A stretch of DNA of 64,000 bases, taken from Savitreella phatthalungensis (lineage: Eukaryota). Where the stretch lies: NCBI GenBank assembly GCA_051599415.1, contig AP039697.1:186001-250000 (forward strand), given 5' to 3'. Below the pieces are notes generated by a model that saw only the letters and a program-made list of their open reading frames with translations, was not told where the DNA came from and did not search any database. Shown piece after piece: positions 53,687-64,000 of the stretch. Position 1 is the stretch's first letter. Each line of letters starts with the position of its first letter. Made by a program: the position numbers and the translations under genes.

Positions 53687-54535
53687 ATGCGCGTATACTC
53701 GACGTCTTTGGTGCGTCTTTTGCTTGGTACATTTATCGTGTGCTTGGTGTACTGGGGCTTATCGACGGACGATCTGGGCTCGATCGAGATGGGTCTTGTG
53801 GAGGAGTCTATGGCGGTTGGGAAAGGAGGACGTCATGTCTCGCTGGACGTGTATGTGATGTCGCGGTGTCCCGACGCCGTTTACGCAGTCGGATTCTTGA
53901 AGTCGCGCGTGTTGAACCACTTCAGCAATGCTCCGCGGGACATTGATGGCGCTGCTGGTCGCCGTGGGAATATCACAACGCACGTCCATATGCTCCTTGA
54001 CTGGCTGACACCCGAGACATCATCATCACAGAGAGTTTTCAACGGACAAGGGGTGGAAATAGAGGACTACCAAGAAGGTCGTGATTACGAGTGCCGCCAC
54101 GGGCACCTGGAGTGTGTCGGTAATGGTGTGGCCTTGGCTGTCGAGGCTGCCACGGAGGGTCGTTCGCCTCGCGGACTCGATTTCTTGGACGCTTGGTTCA
54201 GGCAGGGTGACTCTCTTGACCATATTGGCAAGGTTCCGTCTCGGGAACTCGACGATGCGCTTGCGGATCCTGCAGCAGGTCCTATCACTGCGTCAGAGGT
54301 GAAGAGGGTGTGGGAGATTCTCGGTGAGACTGGTGAGAGCAAAGAGGCGATGGCGATGGTCGCAGCGAGTGGTGCTGCAGCTAGAAAGAAGGGCATCCAG
54401 TATAGTGCTACGGTCGTGCTCAATGGAGAAACGGTGGCTGTTCGCGACGGAGGGCAATGGAAGGAAACTGAGGCGTCTGGTCTCGGCGATGACGCCGCGG
54501 CTTGGGTAATGTATATTGAACGCCTCATGGGTTAG
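53687..54535 (+). CDS. GILT-like thioredoxin-fold protein with N-terminal signal/anchor
   Basis: VYVMSRCPDA, CRHGHLECVGN, VRDGGQWK; hydrophobic N-terminus. Confidence 0.8.
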   Translation: MRVYSTSLVRLLLGTFIVCLVYWGLSTDDLGSIEMGLVEESMAVGKGGRHVSLDVYVMSRCPDAVYAVGFLKSRVLNHFSNAPRDIDGAAGRRGNITTHVHMLLDWLTPETSSSQRVFNGQGVEIEDYQEGRDYECRHGHLECVGNGVALAVEAATEGRSPRGLDFLDAWFRQGDSLDHIGKVPSRELDDALADPAAGPITASEVKRVWEILGETGESKEAMAMVAASGAAARKKGIQYSATVVLNGETVAVRDGGQWKETEASGLGDDAAAWVMYIERLMG

Positions 54536-54767
54536 TCAGAACGAGTTAAAGATCGATCGAATGACAAACAATAGGTGCCAGACATCAGGGAGACGCAGGT
54601 CAAGTGTCAAGCGTGTCTCGGGGAGAAGACAATGGGATTTGGATGAGATAGGTGTAAAAAATGAAAGGCGGTCGGTCTACGTGCGAATATTAAGGAGGCA
54701 AAAAACTTGTTGAATCGATTGCGTGCGTGTGCTGAACGTGTGATTGAGGGCACGCGGCATGAATCTC

Positions 54768-55808
54768 TTAGAAGAGGAAGAGGACACCGGCGCAAGCGAT
54801 GACTGCGGCGAAAAGTGATGGGCTGAGGATAGCACCTGCGCCTGTGCTTGGTGGCAGTGCGCCAGAACCGGAGGCCGATGGGTTGCTGGATGATTTCGGG
54901 CCGGTGCTGGAGCCGGAAGACGGCGTAGAGGTTGCTGATAGCGAGGCAGATGGGCCGGAGAGCGAGCTTGAGCCGGACGCAGAGCCGGTCGGCTTGACGG
55001 AAGGAATCGAAGGCGGGCATCCAACAGCCATGCTGCCAGAGGGTCCAGCGATAGTCGAACCGTTGCCCATCGCGCCGCCAGCGCCGCCACAAGGACCAGA
55101 CGGAATGGCAGAGGCCGAGCTCGAGGGACCGGCTACGGGTGTGCTGCCACTCGGAATGGGGACTTCTCCAGAAGTGGCAGAGGTTGAAGGCGTGACGGAG
55201 CCCTCAGGTCCAGCAGGCGAGGACGGAGTTGCAGACGACTCAGGTGCACCAGGGACGCCAGGAGAGGCAGGCGTCGACGGAGAAGCTGGAGACTCAGGTG
55301 TGCCAGGGGTAGCTGGAGAAGAAGGCGATGCTGGGGACGATGGGGTGACGGAAGCCTCAGGTGCTCCTGGTACGGCAGGCTGGCTTGGGGTCTCTGGCTG
55401 TCCGGGCGTGGCGGGCGCAGATGGTGTCGAGGAAGCGCCGGGAGCGGGCGTCTCCGGGATTTTGTCACCCTCGTGTCTGCATGGGCAGTCAGTGGCCGGC
55501 ACAATGTGAGAACCGCTGTCGGACGAAGCTCCTGAGGAAGGTGTTGAAGAAGGTCCGGCCGGTACAGGGGCTGAGACGCCAGAGCTAAAGTCCACTGAGC
55601 CGTGGTAACCAATGGTGACGTCGCCAGTCGAGTCGCCAGAAGGCGCGGCGGATGGGGCCGGTGCGCCCCAACCGGGCATGTCGAACGACACCGGGGATGG
55701 TGAACCACCCTCGACAGAGTTTGGTGTTTCTTCTTCGTGGCCAAAGTGGGCTGCGACGAGGGGTGCCGAAGCGGCGAGAAGAACGGCAAATGCGGTCTTG
55801 GTCTGCAT
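54768..55808 (-). CDS. Secreted, probably GPI-anchored Ser/Pro/Gly-rich cell-surface protein
   Basis: Signal peptide MQTKTAFAVLLAASAPLVAA; internal PGxPE/TPSSPA repeats; omega-like STGAG followed by a hydrophobic C-terminus. Confidence 0.87.
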   Translation of the reverse strand: MQTKTAFAVLLAASAPLVAAHFGHEEETPNSVEGGSPSPVSFDMPGWGAPAPSAAPSGDSTGDVTIGYHGSVDFSSGVSAPVPAGPSSTPSSGASSDSGSHIVPATDCPCRHEGDKIPETPAPGASSTPSAPATPGQPETPSQPAVPGAPEASVTPSSPASPSSPATPGTPESPASPSTPASPGVPGAPESSATPSSPAGPEGSVTPSTSATSGEVPIPSGSTPVAGPSSSASAIPSGPCGGAGGAMGNGSTIAGPSGSMAVGCPPSIPSVKPTGSASGSSSLSGPSASLSATSTPSSGSSTGPKSSSNPSASGSGALPPSTGAGAILSPSLFAAVIACAGVLFLF

Positions 55809-56750
55809 GTTGGGAGAGATTAGGCTGATTCAGTGATCGTAAGAGTATTGGAGGCCGTCAGAGGCTAGCGAGGGTCGGACTCAGGGGAAGGAGAAGAAGA
55901 GTGTGATGGTTGTGTTCTTGAGAGAAAGTGGGTCATAAGCTCCTCTTATACCTTCGCCTGACCTCTTGCTAGCGTGCGACGATGATGACCATGCGATGCG
56001 AATGCGTCGGACAGGCTCGCAGGTCAGTGTGCTCCAAGTCGGAGATTGAGAAAGGCTGCTGCGCATCTGGATCTGCCTTCTCGTAAGGCGAATGCGTAGA
56101 AATTCTTCCACGAACCAGCCTTCTGGGCGATTGAGCTTTCAGGAATTGGCTCGCGTGGACAGGCTAGTGCTACACATAACCAGTCCACGTCCGGGAACGA
56201 TTGGCACGAAGATCTGCGACGTACGACGAGCAGCAGAATGAAGAGGAGAGGGCAGAGCGGCGGGATCAGAAAATGTGCGTGTATCCTGGATTGTAGCAAG
56301 TTAAGCAGAGGGATGTAATGTATAACTCTCGCCCGCAGGTTCTGATGATCGCGAGAGCGAATGTGACATGGTCACGCATTGTCTCGTTAGCTCTAGTTGC
56401 ACGACGAAAGCATAGTCCTCGCGGTCTCAGGACGCATGGCGAGACGCATGTAATGCCTTATGCTGATTTAGGAATGTAGCGACTAGCGTGGACGGTCGCG
56501 TGAGCTTGGAAAAGCATGCATGACCTTGAAGACTTCCAAGAATAGTATCAGAACTTTCTTCCTGGTCAAGGCCTTTTGATTGCCTCATCTCCGACCGTGC
56601 ACACGAGGCCGACCATGCTTTGCGTCAGTACCCATCGGTACGCTTGGCAGCCACGGTGACGTGGCATGCGACATGGCGCAGTCAAGGCAACGAAGCGGTG
56701 AAGGCAGATAGTGCCTAAGCGATTGTTCACGTCAGACCTGTCTGAAACTT

Positions 56751-57204
56751 TTATAGCTTGCGGCACTCCATTTCTGTGCGTGTGGCCTCTGTTGATCGTT
56801 AGTCTCATGTCTCATACTGCTGGACACACAGGGCTTGGAAATGGAGAGCTCTGTGTTGTGGTGATATTACCTTGTGGAAGAATGCAAAAGTAGCCGAGGC
56901 GTTGCATTTCTGAGAAGAGCTTTGTGGAAGCCATGGCGAGCTTGAGACATTCTAGCGATGCGGAATGTCGGTTCGCTAGGTCTTTGCCTACTGCTGAGAT
57001 TGGCACTTTCAAAGGGTCGTCCTGAGGCGATTTGGTGATCATGCCTGCTCCGCCTCGTCGACAGATTGTAGACCTGTCGTCGTCCCGATCACCATCAATC
57101 AGGTATGTCTTATCCGGACCCTTCTCACGAATGAACGATTCTAGCCGTGAGACTTCCTTCGCAAATGCCTGCTCACGCTGCTGTGATGCTGCTGTATCCG
57201 CCAT
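56751..57204 (-). CDS. Small hypothetical protein, 123 aa; exons 57204-56871 and 56788-56751
   Basis: ATG 57204; 82-nt intron GTAATA..ACTAAC..CAG. Spliced C-terminus reads GYFCILPQEATRTEMECRKL. Confidence 0.7.
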
Positions 57205-57514
57205 TGTAATCAGACGCAAATGTCGGACAAGAAGCGATGCTCGGGGAGTGTAAACGCGTCTGGCTTGGTGTGCTCGTCCACTTGTGAAGCGATGTGTGAT
57301 ATACTTGCTGACGTCAATTACCACAAGCTTTTGAAGTTGTAGCTGTTCGAAATTTGGATCATTAGATTTTGCTTCTAGGCTTCTGCTTCTTATAAGTCTT
57401 GAAGCCACAGTGCAGCACATCGCTATGCCTCGGTTGGCGGGTCTATCACTAACTATGATACATGGAAAAAGGTCGATACTTCGACGGTGTGCGGATTCTC
57501 GTCACTAGTCCCCG

Positions 57515-58921
57515 TTAGTCCTCGATCAAGTGCGTGCGGAAGAGCTCGAAGATGACGAGACCGACTGCCGTCGCCGGGGAGGATCTCAGAGCGGTCTGCC
57601 AGAATCCTCTCGTAAGGAATGGCATCCAGCCGCCGGCTCTCGATGCCTTTCGAGCACACTCAGCATACGTCTTGCGGTATTCGTCCACGTAGACTGCTGC
57701 TGCAAAGCGTCTCGCGAATTGCTTATCGTAGCGCTGGCGGTAGTCTGCGCATTCTAGTCGTGTCAGATGCACTTCCTGCAATTTCGACATGGGGAAGTGC
57801 ACAGCGGTGTGTGCGAATGAGGCTGACAGACCTGCAAGAAGCAGGAATGCTGGGGAGAATATCCAGTGAGGTCTAGTCCTCTCATCGATGTGTCCAAACA
57901 GGCCCTGTGTGTCAACCTGCTGCTTTGTCGAGTCGTCTTCATGTGCGTGCTGATGCTCCATGTAGAGACCGCTCCGATGAACTGCCCGATGCTCCTCGCG
58001 GTAGCCTCTGAGGACCTGCATGGGTCCAAGGAGTGGTAAATGATGAGTACCGTAGAGAATGCGCAGACAGGTGTCCTGCCACTGATTTTTGACAACCTCG
58101 AACGTCGCGAAGAAGAAACCCATAGCCAGCGTGTCCTTTGTCGCGCCCAGGAGGAAGCCGCCGAATAGCGGCTTTACGCCTACTTCCCTGATCGTTTGCA
58201 CGCAGTAATGCCACATCGACCTGTAGTCGCCGTGCAACATTCTACTGACCTCGAAGCGTACTTTGAGCGCATCCACCGGCTGACTGACGACCGACTGTGC
58301 CAAGCCAGCGACAGCACCTGCTTTCAGTGTGGTCGTGAATGGTGGCGGTGGCGTTGGATCGTTAGGATTACGCCGGGACGGCGGATGGAGGATTCCGAGG
58401 GTCTCAATGTAGGTCGTGTAGAGCACAATGCCGATGAGCGAGTTGGCCAGCAGCGGTGGGAGGATGTAGTCTGGAACAAATCTCCATCCGTGCTTCCGAA
58501 TTGTCTGGGTGAGGACGACGGGTCCGCTCGAGACGACGTAATTTCGCCATGCTCGGACTCCGTAATTTCCCCATGACTCGATCGCGCCTCCGGATAGCTG
58601 AGGAGCCGGTGGCACAGTAGTGGGTGCGACTGCAGGTATCGTGTGAGAGGCGGCGGCTAATTGCTTTACGAGAGGTACAGATCCGGTGGTGTCCCCGATG
58701 CCTGGCATGCCTGCAGAGTGCAGCGCCCGTGGTAAAATCATAAAGTCGACGCGCGTCGGCCTGAATAGCTTGACCGGGACGCGGAACCAGAGCGCTAGTA
58801 TCTGTCCCACAAGCGACCGGGAGACTGCAGATGAGGCGCCCACCGATACGCTCCCAGAATTGCTGGGCTTCGTTGGCGGCGATCCAGCCGTATCGGTATC
58901 GCTAAGCGCCCTTGCACCCAT
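57515..58921 (-). CDS. Divergent mitochondrial carrier family (SLC25-like) protein
   Basis: Carrier signature QPVDALKVR, AGAVAG, FFATFE; fungal subfamily motifs PVKLFRPTRVD and ILPPLLAN..IG.VLYTTY. Confidence 0.83.
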   Translation of the reverse strand: MGARALSDTDTAGSPPTKPSNSGSVSVGASSAVSRSLVGQILALWFRVPVKLFRPTRVDFMILPRALHSAGMPGIGDTTGSVPLVKQLAAASHTIPAVAPTTVPPAPQLSGGAIESWGNYGVRAWRNYVVSSGPVVLTQTIRKHGWRFVPDYILPPLLANSLIGIVLYTTYIETLGILHPPSRRNPNDPTPPPPFTTTLKAGAVAGLAQSVVSQPVDALKVRFEVSRMLHGDYRSMWHYCVQTIREVGVKPLFGGFLLGATKDTLAMGFFFATFEVVKNQWQDTCLRILYGTHHLPLLGPMQVLRGYREEHRAVHRSGLYMEHQHAHEDDSTKQQVDTQGLFGHIDERTRPHWIFSPAFLLLAGLSASFAHTAVHFPMSKLQEVHLTRLECADYRQRYDKQFARRFAAAVYVDEYRKTYAECARKASRAGGWMPFLTRGFWQTALRSSPATAVGLVIFELFRTHLIED

Positions 58922-59194
58922 TCAGCAACTACTCTGAAGACATCGGAGCACGTCAGGCGTTACAAGCTGAACTGCTTGCACTCACTTTCTGCCGGATGAT
59001 CTGCTGGATAGTGTATACAATTTGTGCGTAGTTTGCAATGCATTGCTTGTCATGTTTGCATGAGCTATGACGACAATCGAATGCATGAAACCGAGCGAGA
59101 CTATATGGGCGATCCAATCACATATCGAGATCGACTAATGAAGGGGTCAATGAGGCTACAGATGTGTTCGAGACTATAGTATGGCGGTAATGAC

Positions 59195-61312
59195 TTAGAG
59201 CTTGGCAGTAGGCTGGAATGCCTTGTGCACGTCTCTGTTGGCCTTCTCATCGTCGCGAATGATCTGAAGGGCAGTGCGGTGTGCAAGTGCCATGGTTGTG
59301 ATCATCGGGTTGACGCCTGAGCAGGTAGGGAAGACGGAGGCGTCAGAGATGTAGAGCCCCTTGGCACCGTACACTTGGCAGTTTTCGTCGCACACACGAC
59401 CGATGGAGCATGAAGCCATCTGATGCGCAGAGCCGAGCGCAGCCTCACCGTTGCGAATTCCAGCCTTCCGCACAAGCTCAATCCAGGCCTTGTACTTGGG
59501 GTCTTCTGTGCCGAGCTTGGAAGACTTGTCCGGTCTAAAGGCTGGAACAGTGTTCTGACAGGTGATGATCTCGTCAGCGCCGGCCATGAGTGAGACGTCG
59601 CAGAGTCCAATAACGCCGAGTGTGATCGATTCTGCATCGAACCTGGAAAGCGGGTAATTGATGACGGCCTTGTGTGTTACCGGGTCGGTTGTCACCGATC
59701 CTCCGTCACGGTCACGCGAGAGGGCGATGTAAAGCGCAGAATGCGGGTATTTGAGCATGGTCCGCTTCCACTCTGCGGCACCACGCCAACCGAGCGTGGC
59801 GGAGAACAGACCCGGCTGATTTGACATGGCCTCGAGAACGGCACCGTGTCCCTTGCCGTCGCGATTTGCCACAGCTGTAGACAGAGTGGTCAAAATACCA
59901 CCCTCGTGCGGGCGGGTAGGCTTGTCCTCGTAAAATGCTGCGACGAAACCGCACGGGTGCAACTTGAGCTGGCGACCGATCTCCTTGTTGCGGAGACCGC
60001 TGCGCTGCAAGACCACGGGTGTGTTGAGTGAGCCGGCCGCGACAATGACGCGCTCAGCGCGAAGCTTGAGGGGACGTCCCCGCCAATGAACAAGAGCGCC
60101 TGTGGCTTTGTTCTTCTTGTCAAAGGTGATCTTCTCCACCTGACACTCCTGCATGAATTGTGCTCCGTGGTCCTTAGCGTCCTTGAGCCAGGAGACGAGT
60201 GCACCGCACTTGCCACCATTCTTGCATCCGTGGCCGCAGTGACCGCAGTAATGCTCTTTGCCGCCAGTGTTCTGTGGAACAGCGTATGCATAGTGTCCCA
60301 ACCTACGGGAGCCCTCAAGAAGTCTGGCATTGGCATTATTGTGACGAATGTTGGCGGCAGATACGCCCATTCTTCCGCACACAAAGTCGAGCGAATCCTG
60401 GAACTCATTGGTGAGAAACCACTTGATGCCAGTCTTCTCGAACCACTCCTTGCGCACGGAACGCGGTGTCTGGAGTGATGCGGACCAGTTGACGGTCGAG
60501 CCTCCTCCAAAAGTCGAGCCAGCAAGGATGATCATGGCACCGTCGTCTGTCATGGTCAGACCCCGGTTCTCGTACAGATTTTCCCAAGCATTTGCCTCCG
60601 TCATTGGGAAGTGATCGGCGGGCTTGTAGAAACGACCCTTGTCAACCACGAGAACGCGCTTGCCGGCTTTGGCTAGCGTAGCTGCAGAGACAGCGCCGCC
60701 GGAGCCGCTGCCGATGATGAGCACATCAGTGAAGACCTCGTCGTTTTCGGGCTGAGGCTCTAGGAACTTGTAGTCTGGTGTCTCGAAATCGATTGGCAGG
60801 TTGTGGATGTATTCGCCGAGATCATAGTCAAGGAACTTGAGGTCATAGTGTCTAGCGAAGGTCGCGCAGACGATGCCGACAACACCGCGAGGCAGAGAGC
60901 GAATCTTGCCGAGCGGTGAGCTGTACCACTTGAGCAGGACAGCTTCGCGATCTTCGCGAGCCATGTCGCTGAATTTCGTATAAGTCTGGTGGAGGGCGAG
61001 TGCACCGAGATGCCAGTCGAGCGCGGTAAGGACTCTGGCGATCTCGTCCCGCTTCACCTGATCGAGCATGCCGAGATTCTTGCGAAGTGCGCTGCACAAG
61101 GCAGAATCGCCCGAAAATTTGAGCTTTGCGAAATCGCGAGCTGCGCGAGTGTGCTGCGTTGTCGACATAGAATGCGAGTTGATCAGCACATCCTGTGTTT
61201 CTTTATCGGTCAGAGGTGCGACAACCGTGTCGGCTATGGCCATCAGCACTTTCCATTGCGCTGGGCTGAAGTCAGAAGCTGGTTGAGGCGCCTGTGGCAC
61301 AGAGACAGTCAT
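59195..61312 (-). CDS. FAO1: Long-chain fatty-alcohol oxidase (GMC oxidoreductase), peroxisomal
   Basis: IIGSGSGG, AGSTFGGGSTVNWSASLQTP, CGHCGHGC heme-type motif, SAHQMASC, DASVFPT.SGVNPM; C-terminal PTS1 AKL. Confidence 0.92.
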   Translation of the reverse strand: MTVSVPQAPQPASDFSPAQWKVLMAIADTVVAPLTDKETQDVLINSHSMSTTQHTRAARDFAKLKFSGDSALCSALRKNLGMLDQVKRDEIARVLTALDWHLGALALHQTYTKFSDMAREDREAVLLKWYSSPLGKIRSLPRGVVGIVCATFARHYDLKFLDYDLGEYIHNLPIDFETPDYKFLEPQPENDEVFTDVLIIGSGSGGAVSAATLAKAGKRVLVVDKGRFYKPADHFPMTEANAWENLYENRGLTMTDDGAMIILAGSTFGGGSTVNWSASLQTPRSVRKEWFEKTGIKWFLTNEFQDSLDFVCGRMGVSAANIRHNNANARLLEGSRRLGHYAYAVPQNTGGKEHYCGHCGHGCKNGGKCGALVSWLKDAKDHGAQFMQECQVEKITFDKKNKATGALVHWRGRPLKLRAERVIVAAGSLNTPVVLQRSGLRNKEIGRQLKLHPCGFVAAFYEDKPTRPHEGGILTTLSTAVANRDGKGHGAVLEAMSNQPGLFSATLGWRGAAEWKRTMLKYPHSALYIALSRDRDGGSVTTDPVTHKAVINYPLSRFDAESITLGVIGLCDVSLMAGADEIITCQNTVPAFRPDKSSKLGTEDPKYKAWIELVRKAGIRNGEAALGSAHQMASCSIGRVCDENCQVYGAKGLYISDASVFPTCSGVNPMITTMALAHRTALQIIRDDEKANRDVHKAFQPTAKL

Positions 61313-61548
61313 CGCCTATCGAGAGAAAAGGTTGGCAAGTATGCGAAATGCGAGCTTTATGATCCAGACGAAAGAGGGAGCTGAGTTGGATCTTAAAATC
61401 TGTCTCGCAGCAGAGGGCTATCTGACGATTTCTGACGTCCCGAGATTTGCGCGTGATACGCTTCTGGTGGAGTGCTTTGGGTGTCCTCGTAGTAGGATAG
61501 AATAGAGACACAAGGAACGGTTGCGACTGGAAAGTGTCTGTACGTGTA

Positions 61549-61592
61549 GGTGTGTGTGTGTGTGTGTGAGAGAGACAGAGAGAGAGTGTGTG
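61549..61592 (+). repeat. Compound (TG)n/(AG)n microsatellite upstream of the fatty-alcohol oxidase
   Basis: Read directly from the sequence. Confidence 0.8.
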
Positions 61593-62809
61593 TGGAGAGG
61601 TTGTTGAGGGCGAGCGGGAGTGCCTAGATGTGTCAGCACAGTGACTGGACTAGTGAGACTCGTGTGCGAGCGAGTAATTGGATGTTCGTCCTCCTTCCAC
61701 TTGCCCCAGCGATCTTAGATCTCTCTGTGAGTACGTGGAAATAAAGGTATATAGCCACAGCCGTAGGTCTGGCTCGGGTCCTTGATCAAATAGCTCTGAG
61801 CGCACCACAGGCCTTGAATGGATGGATCTGTCTGTACAAGTTGTGCTGCCAAGAAGGGTAAGAACCGACTAGTCCGCCTTATGCCTAGACTGTGGGGTAG
61901 AATAATCAACTCGTGAGCTTCATCAGCTCTGAAAAGTAGTTTATATCGTTGTCGTCGAGGCAAAAGACGGTGGAAGGCTGCCGACGGCGGAAGCGACCAC
62001 AATCCGTTCAATGACCTGTATCTGATCAATTATGTTGCTTGAACGAGTTGTGACAGGTGGAAGTGGAATTCTTGGCTGTGCATTTAATGGCCAATTCAAA
62101 TAAGTATTTCGTGGAGCATTCACCAATCAGATGTGGTCGAGTGAATTTAATCGATTCCGATTGATCCAAGATCCAGGATACAGGATCCAGAAGGCAAATA
62201 TAAACTTAATTGCGTCTACCAAGAAGCACTCGATTGTGATTGACTCAATTATCAATATTTGAATCGTTTGATCAGAATCGTGTATGGGTCTGCATGTGTA
62301 CATCACGTGCACCCTGCGTGCGTCAACTTGCTCCTATGACTGAGGACCTGAGCTTAGCATCGTATATCTGGCTTATGGTCGATATCGAGGCCTCTCAGAA
62401 GGAATCACTCGTCGAGTTGGAGCTCCAGACACATCCATCGCCACTCATCTCGACTGTCAAAAGAATGAGATTAATTACTACGTGCGGCTTGCGAGTGCTG
62501 AGCGGCAGGAAAGGCGACGACGAAATGAACTGCAAATGAGCTGTGAACCTGAATGATGAGAGAGACTTTGAAATGGATTGGTGTGATGGTGCAAAATGCG
62601 CGGATGCTGCGGATGACGAATGAAATGTTTGCATGGCAATAGGAGGATGTCTTTGACGTAGTGAGAGGCTTCAGACGCGGCGGTTTCTCTTCAGTGGCGC
62701 CTAGTATCGTATTGAGTTGGCAGAAGCGAGATTTAAGAATGGGAGAACGAGAGTTGCTGTCGAGAGCATAGACAAATAGCGCTGAGCCGCAGTGTCACGG
62801 CTGATGGAA

Positions 62810-64000
62810 TCAATTGTACGAGCGCGAGAGATACCGTGTTGCGCGTCCAGCACCACTGACTTGATCATGCGTTTCAGAGGGTGTACGCGAGCCACCAGGC
62901 CCCGTAGAGCGTGTCAGATATGTTGCTGCCTCGCGAGAGAAATCGGTCGGAAGGCGCTCACTGTGATCAGTGGCCTCGAGCTGCGATGCTAGTCGGGCAG
63001 AGTCTGATCCATCGTATCGTAGACGCTCCACCGCGAAAGCAATGCGTGCACCATAGCGACTGCCGCGCATGGAGACCATGTGCTTGCGTACTGCACAAGA
63101 CACGATTCTTCGCTGCTCGCTACTGCCGAATTGTAGAATGTGGTGGATGAGGTAGTTTCCGTACTGGTCAGAAGCGATGTCAATCAATGGTAGGCGAGGA
63201 CGCCCACGATTGTTCGCCGGGACGGTGGTGATGGCCTCCAGGTAGCGTGCGATCATGCCTGGCGCGTTAGCTTTGATGGCTTTCTCGAGTACTTTAGACG
63301 CAAATTGGTCGGTTGAGTATTCGACGGTTCTTGCAAAAACCACCTTCAGAACGTGCTCGCGGTCGGTATCTGGCCCATGTTCGATTATCTTAAGGTCAGT
63401 GAGAAGCACTGTGACAGTGAATGTGAATGTCTTACGTGTTGAATGACCCAATTGCCCCATTGCCCTCGGATGATAGCATCGACAGATTCAAGGATTTCCA
63501 GACGGCTGGGTAAAGCGTCCTCCTTCGTGCAGTTCTCAAATATGTTTTGGACAACGAGAGAGCCGGTCTCGCTCAAAGCAACGTCTTGCCAGAGCCCAGC
63601 GAGCTCGCGGTTGATGCCTTGCATGAAGACAGGGACTGGATCGTCCCATCGGATCTCGAAAAGCTTCTGCCATACATGGCAGGCGTGGCGATGCGTGATC
63701 GTCCCAGAGATGTCCTCGCTGAGTCCAGTGACGATGCGACGTTTTTGATGGTCCGAAACGTTATCGAGAGCCTTTTGTACGACGTGGCAACCAAATGCGT
63801 CACATGCAAGTGAAACGACATTCTCGCATATGATTTCGCCGAGGTCATGGATGTGCTCGGAATTACCGTGCTCGAAGCAGCGCTGGATCAGGAAGTTCCC
63901 GAATCGATTGGTGATGAGCAGAAGGACACGTGAAAAAATGGCTCTGAATATATCGTTCTTTTGCTCAGGGAGAGCCGTTTTCAGGCGCTGTTGGAGCGCC
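62810..64000 (-). CDS. Pumilio/PUF RNA-binding protein (fungal Mcp2/Mpf1-like subfamily), 3' part; exons >64000-63436 and 63388-62810
   Basis: PUF repeats NRFGNFLIQR, FGCHVVQK, ACHVWQK, TGSLVVQN, WGNWVIQH, FASKVLEK, YGNYLIHH. 47-nt phase-0 intron GTAAGA..CTGAC..AAG, with an AAG acceptor. Confidence 0.9.

Overview
This is gene-dense, intron-poor eukaryotic DNA from a fungus. The gene set and the short GT..CTRAC..(Y/A)AG introns suggest an ascomycete, possibly Taphrinomycotina; that placement is inference. There are about 33 protein-coding loci. Recognisable genes: nitrite reductase (5' part only), EF-1beta, SER2, GGC1, an ExoIII-family AP endonuclease, PCF11, DOT5, CENP-C, RNase H2A, ATG8, mitochondrial AspRS, Cut12, PEX16, Rab2, Sws1, SOM1, TEN1, a fatty-alcohol oxidase and a PUF protein (3' part only). 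A complete pogo/Fot1-type DNA transposon (32-bp TIRs, TA target duplication, DD35D) lies about 520 bp upstream of ATG8. Several genes are absent from or broken in the supplied ORF track and were rebuilt by hand: niiA, SOM1, ATG8, Rab2, PCF11, a small spliced orphan and the PUF gene. Most notable observations: (1) SOM1 and TEN1 are separated by only 35 nt, and a 50-nt intron-like segment there would splice them into an in-frame Som1-Ten1 fusion or a single co-transcript. (2) The transposon has a CCG-depleted, CTAG-enriched signature not seen in two host genes checked, suggesting repeat-targeted C-to-T mutation. (3) A palindromic TGTACA recurs in very short convergent terminators and also in the PCF11 leader. 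All family calls come from motif recognition, not database searches, and k-mer counts were made by hand.
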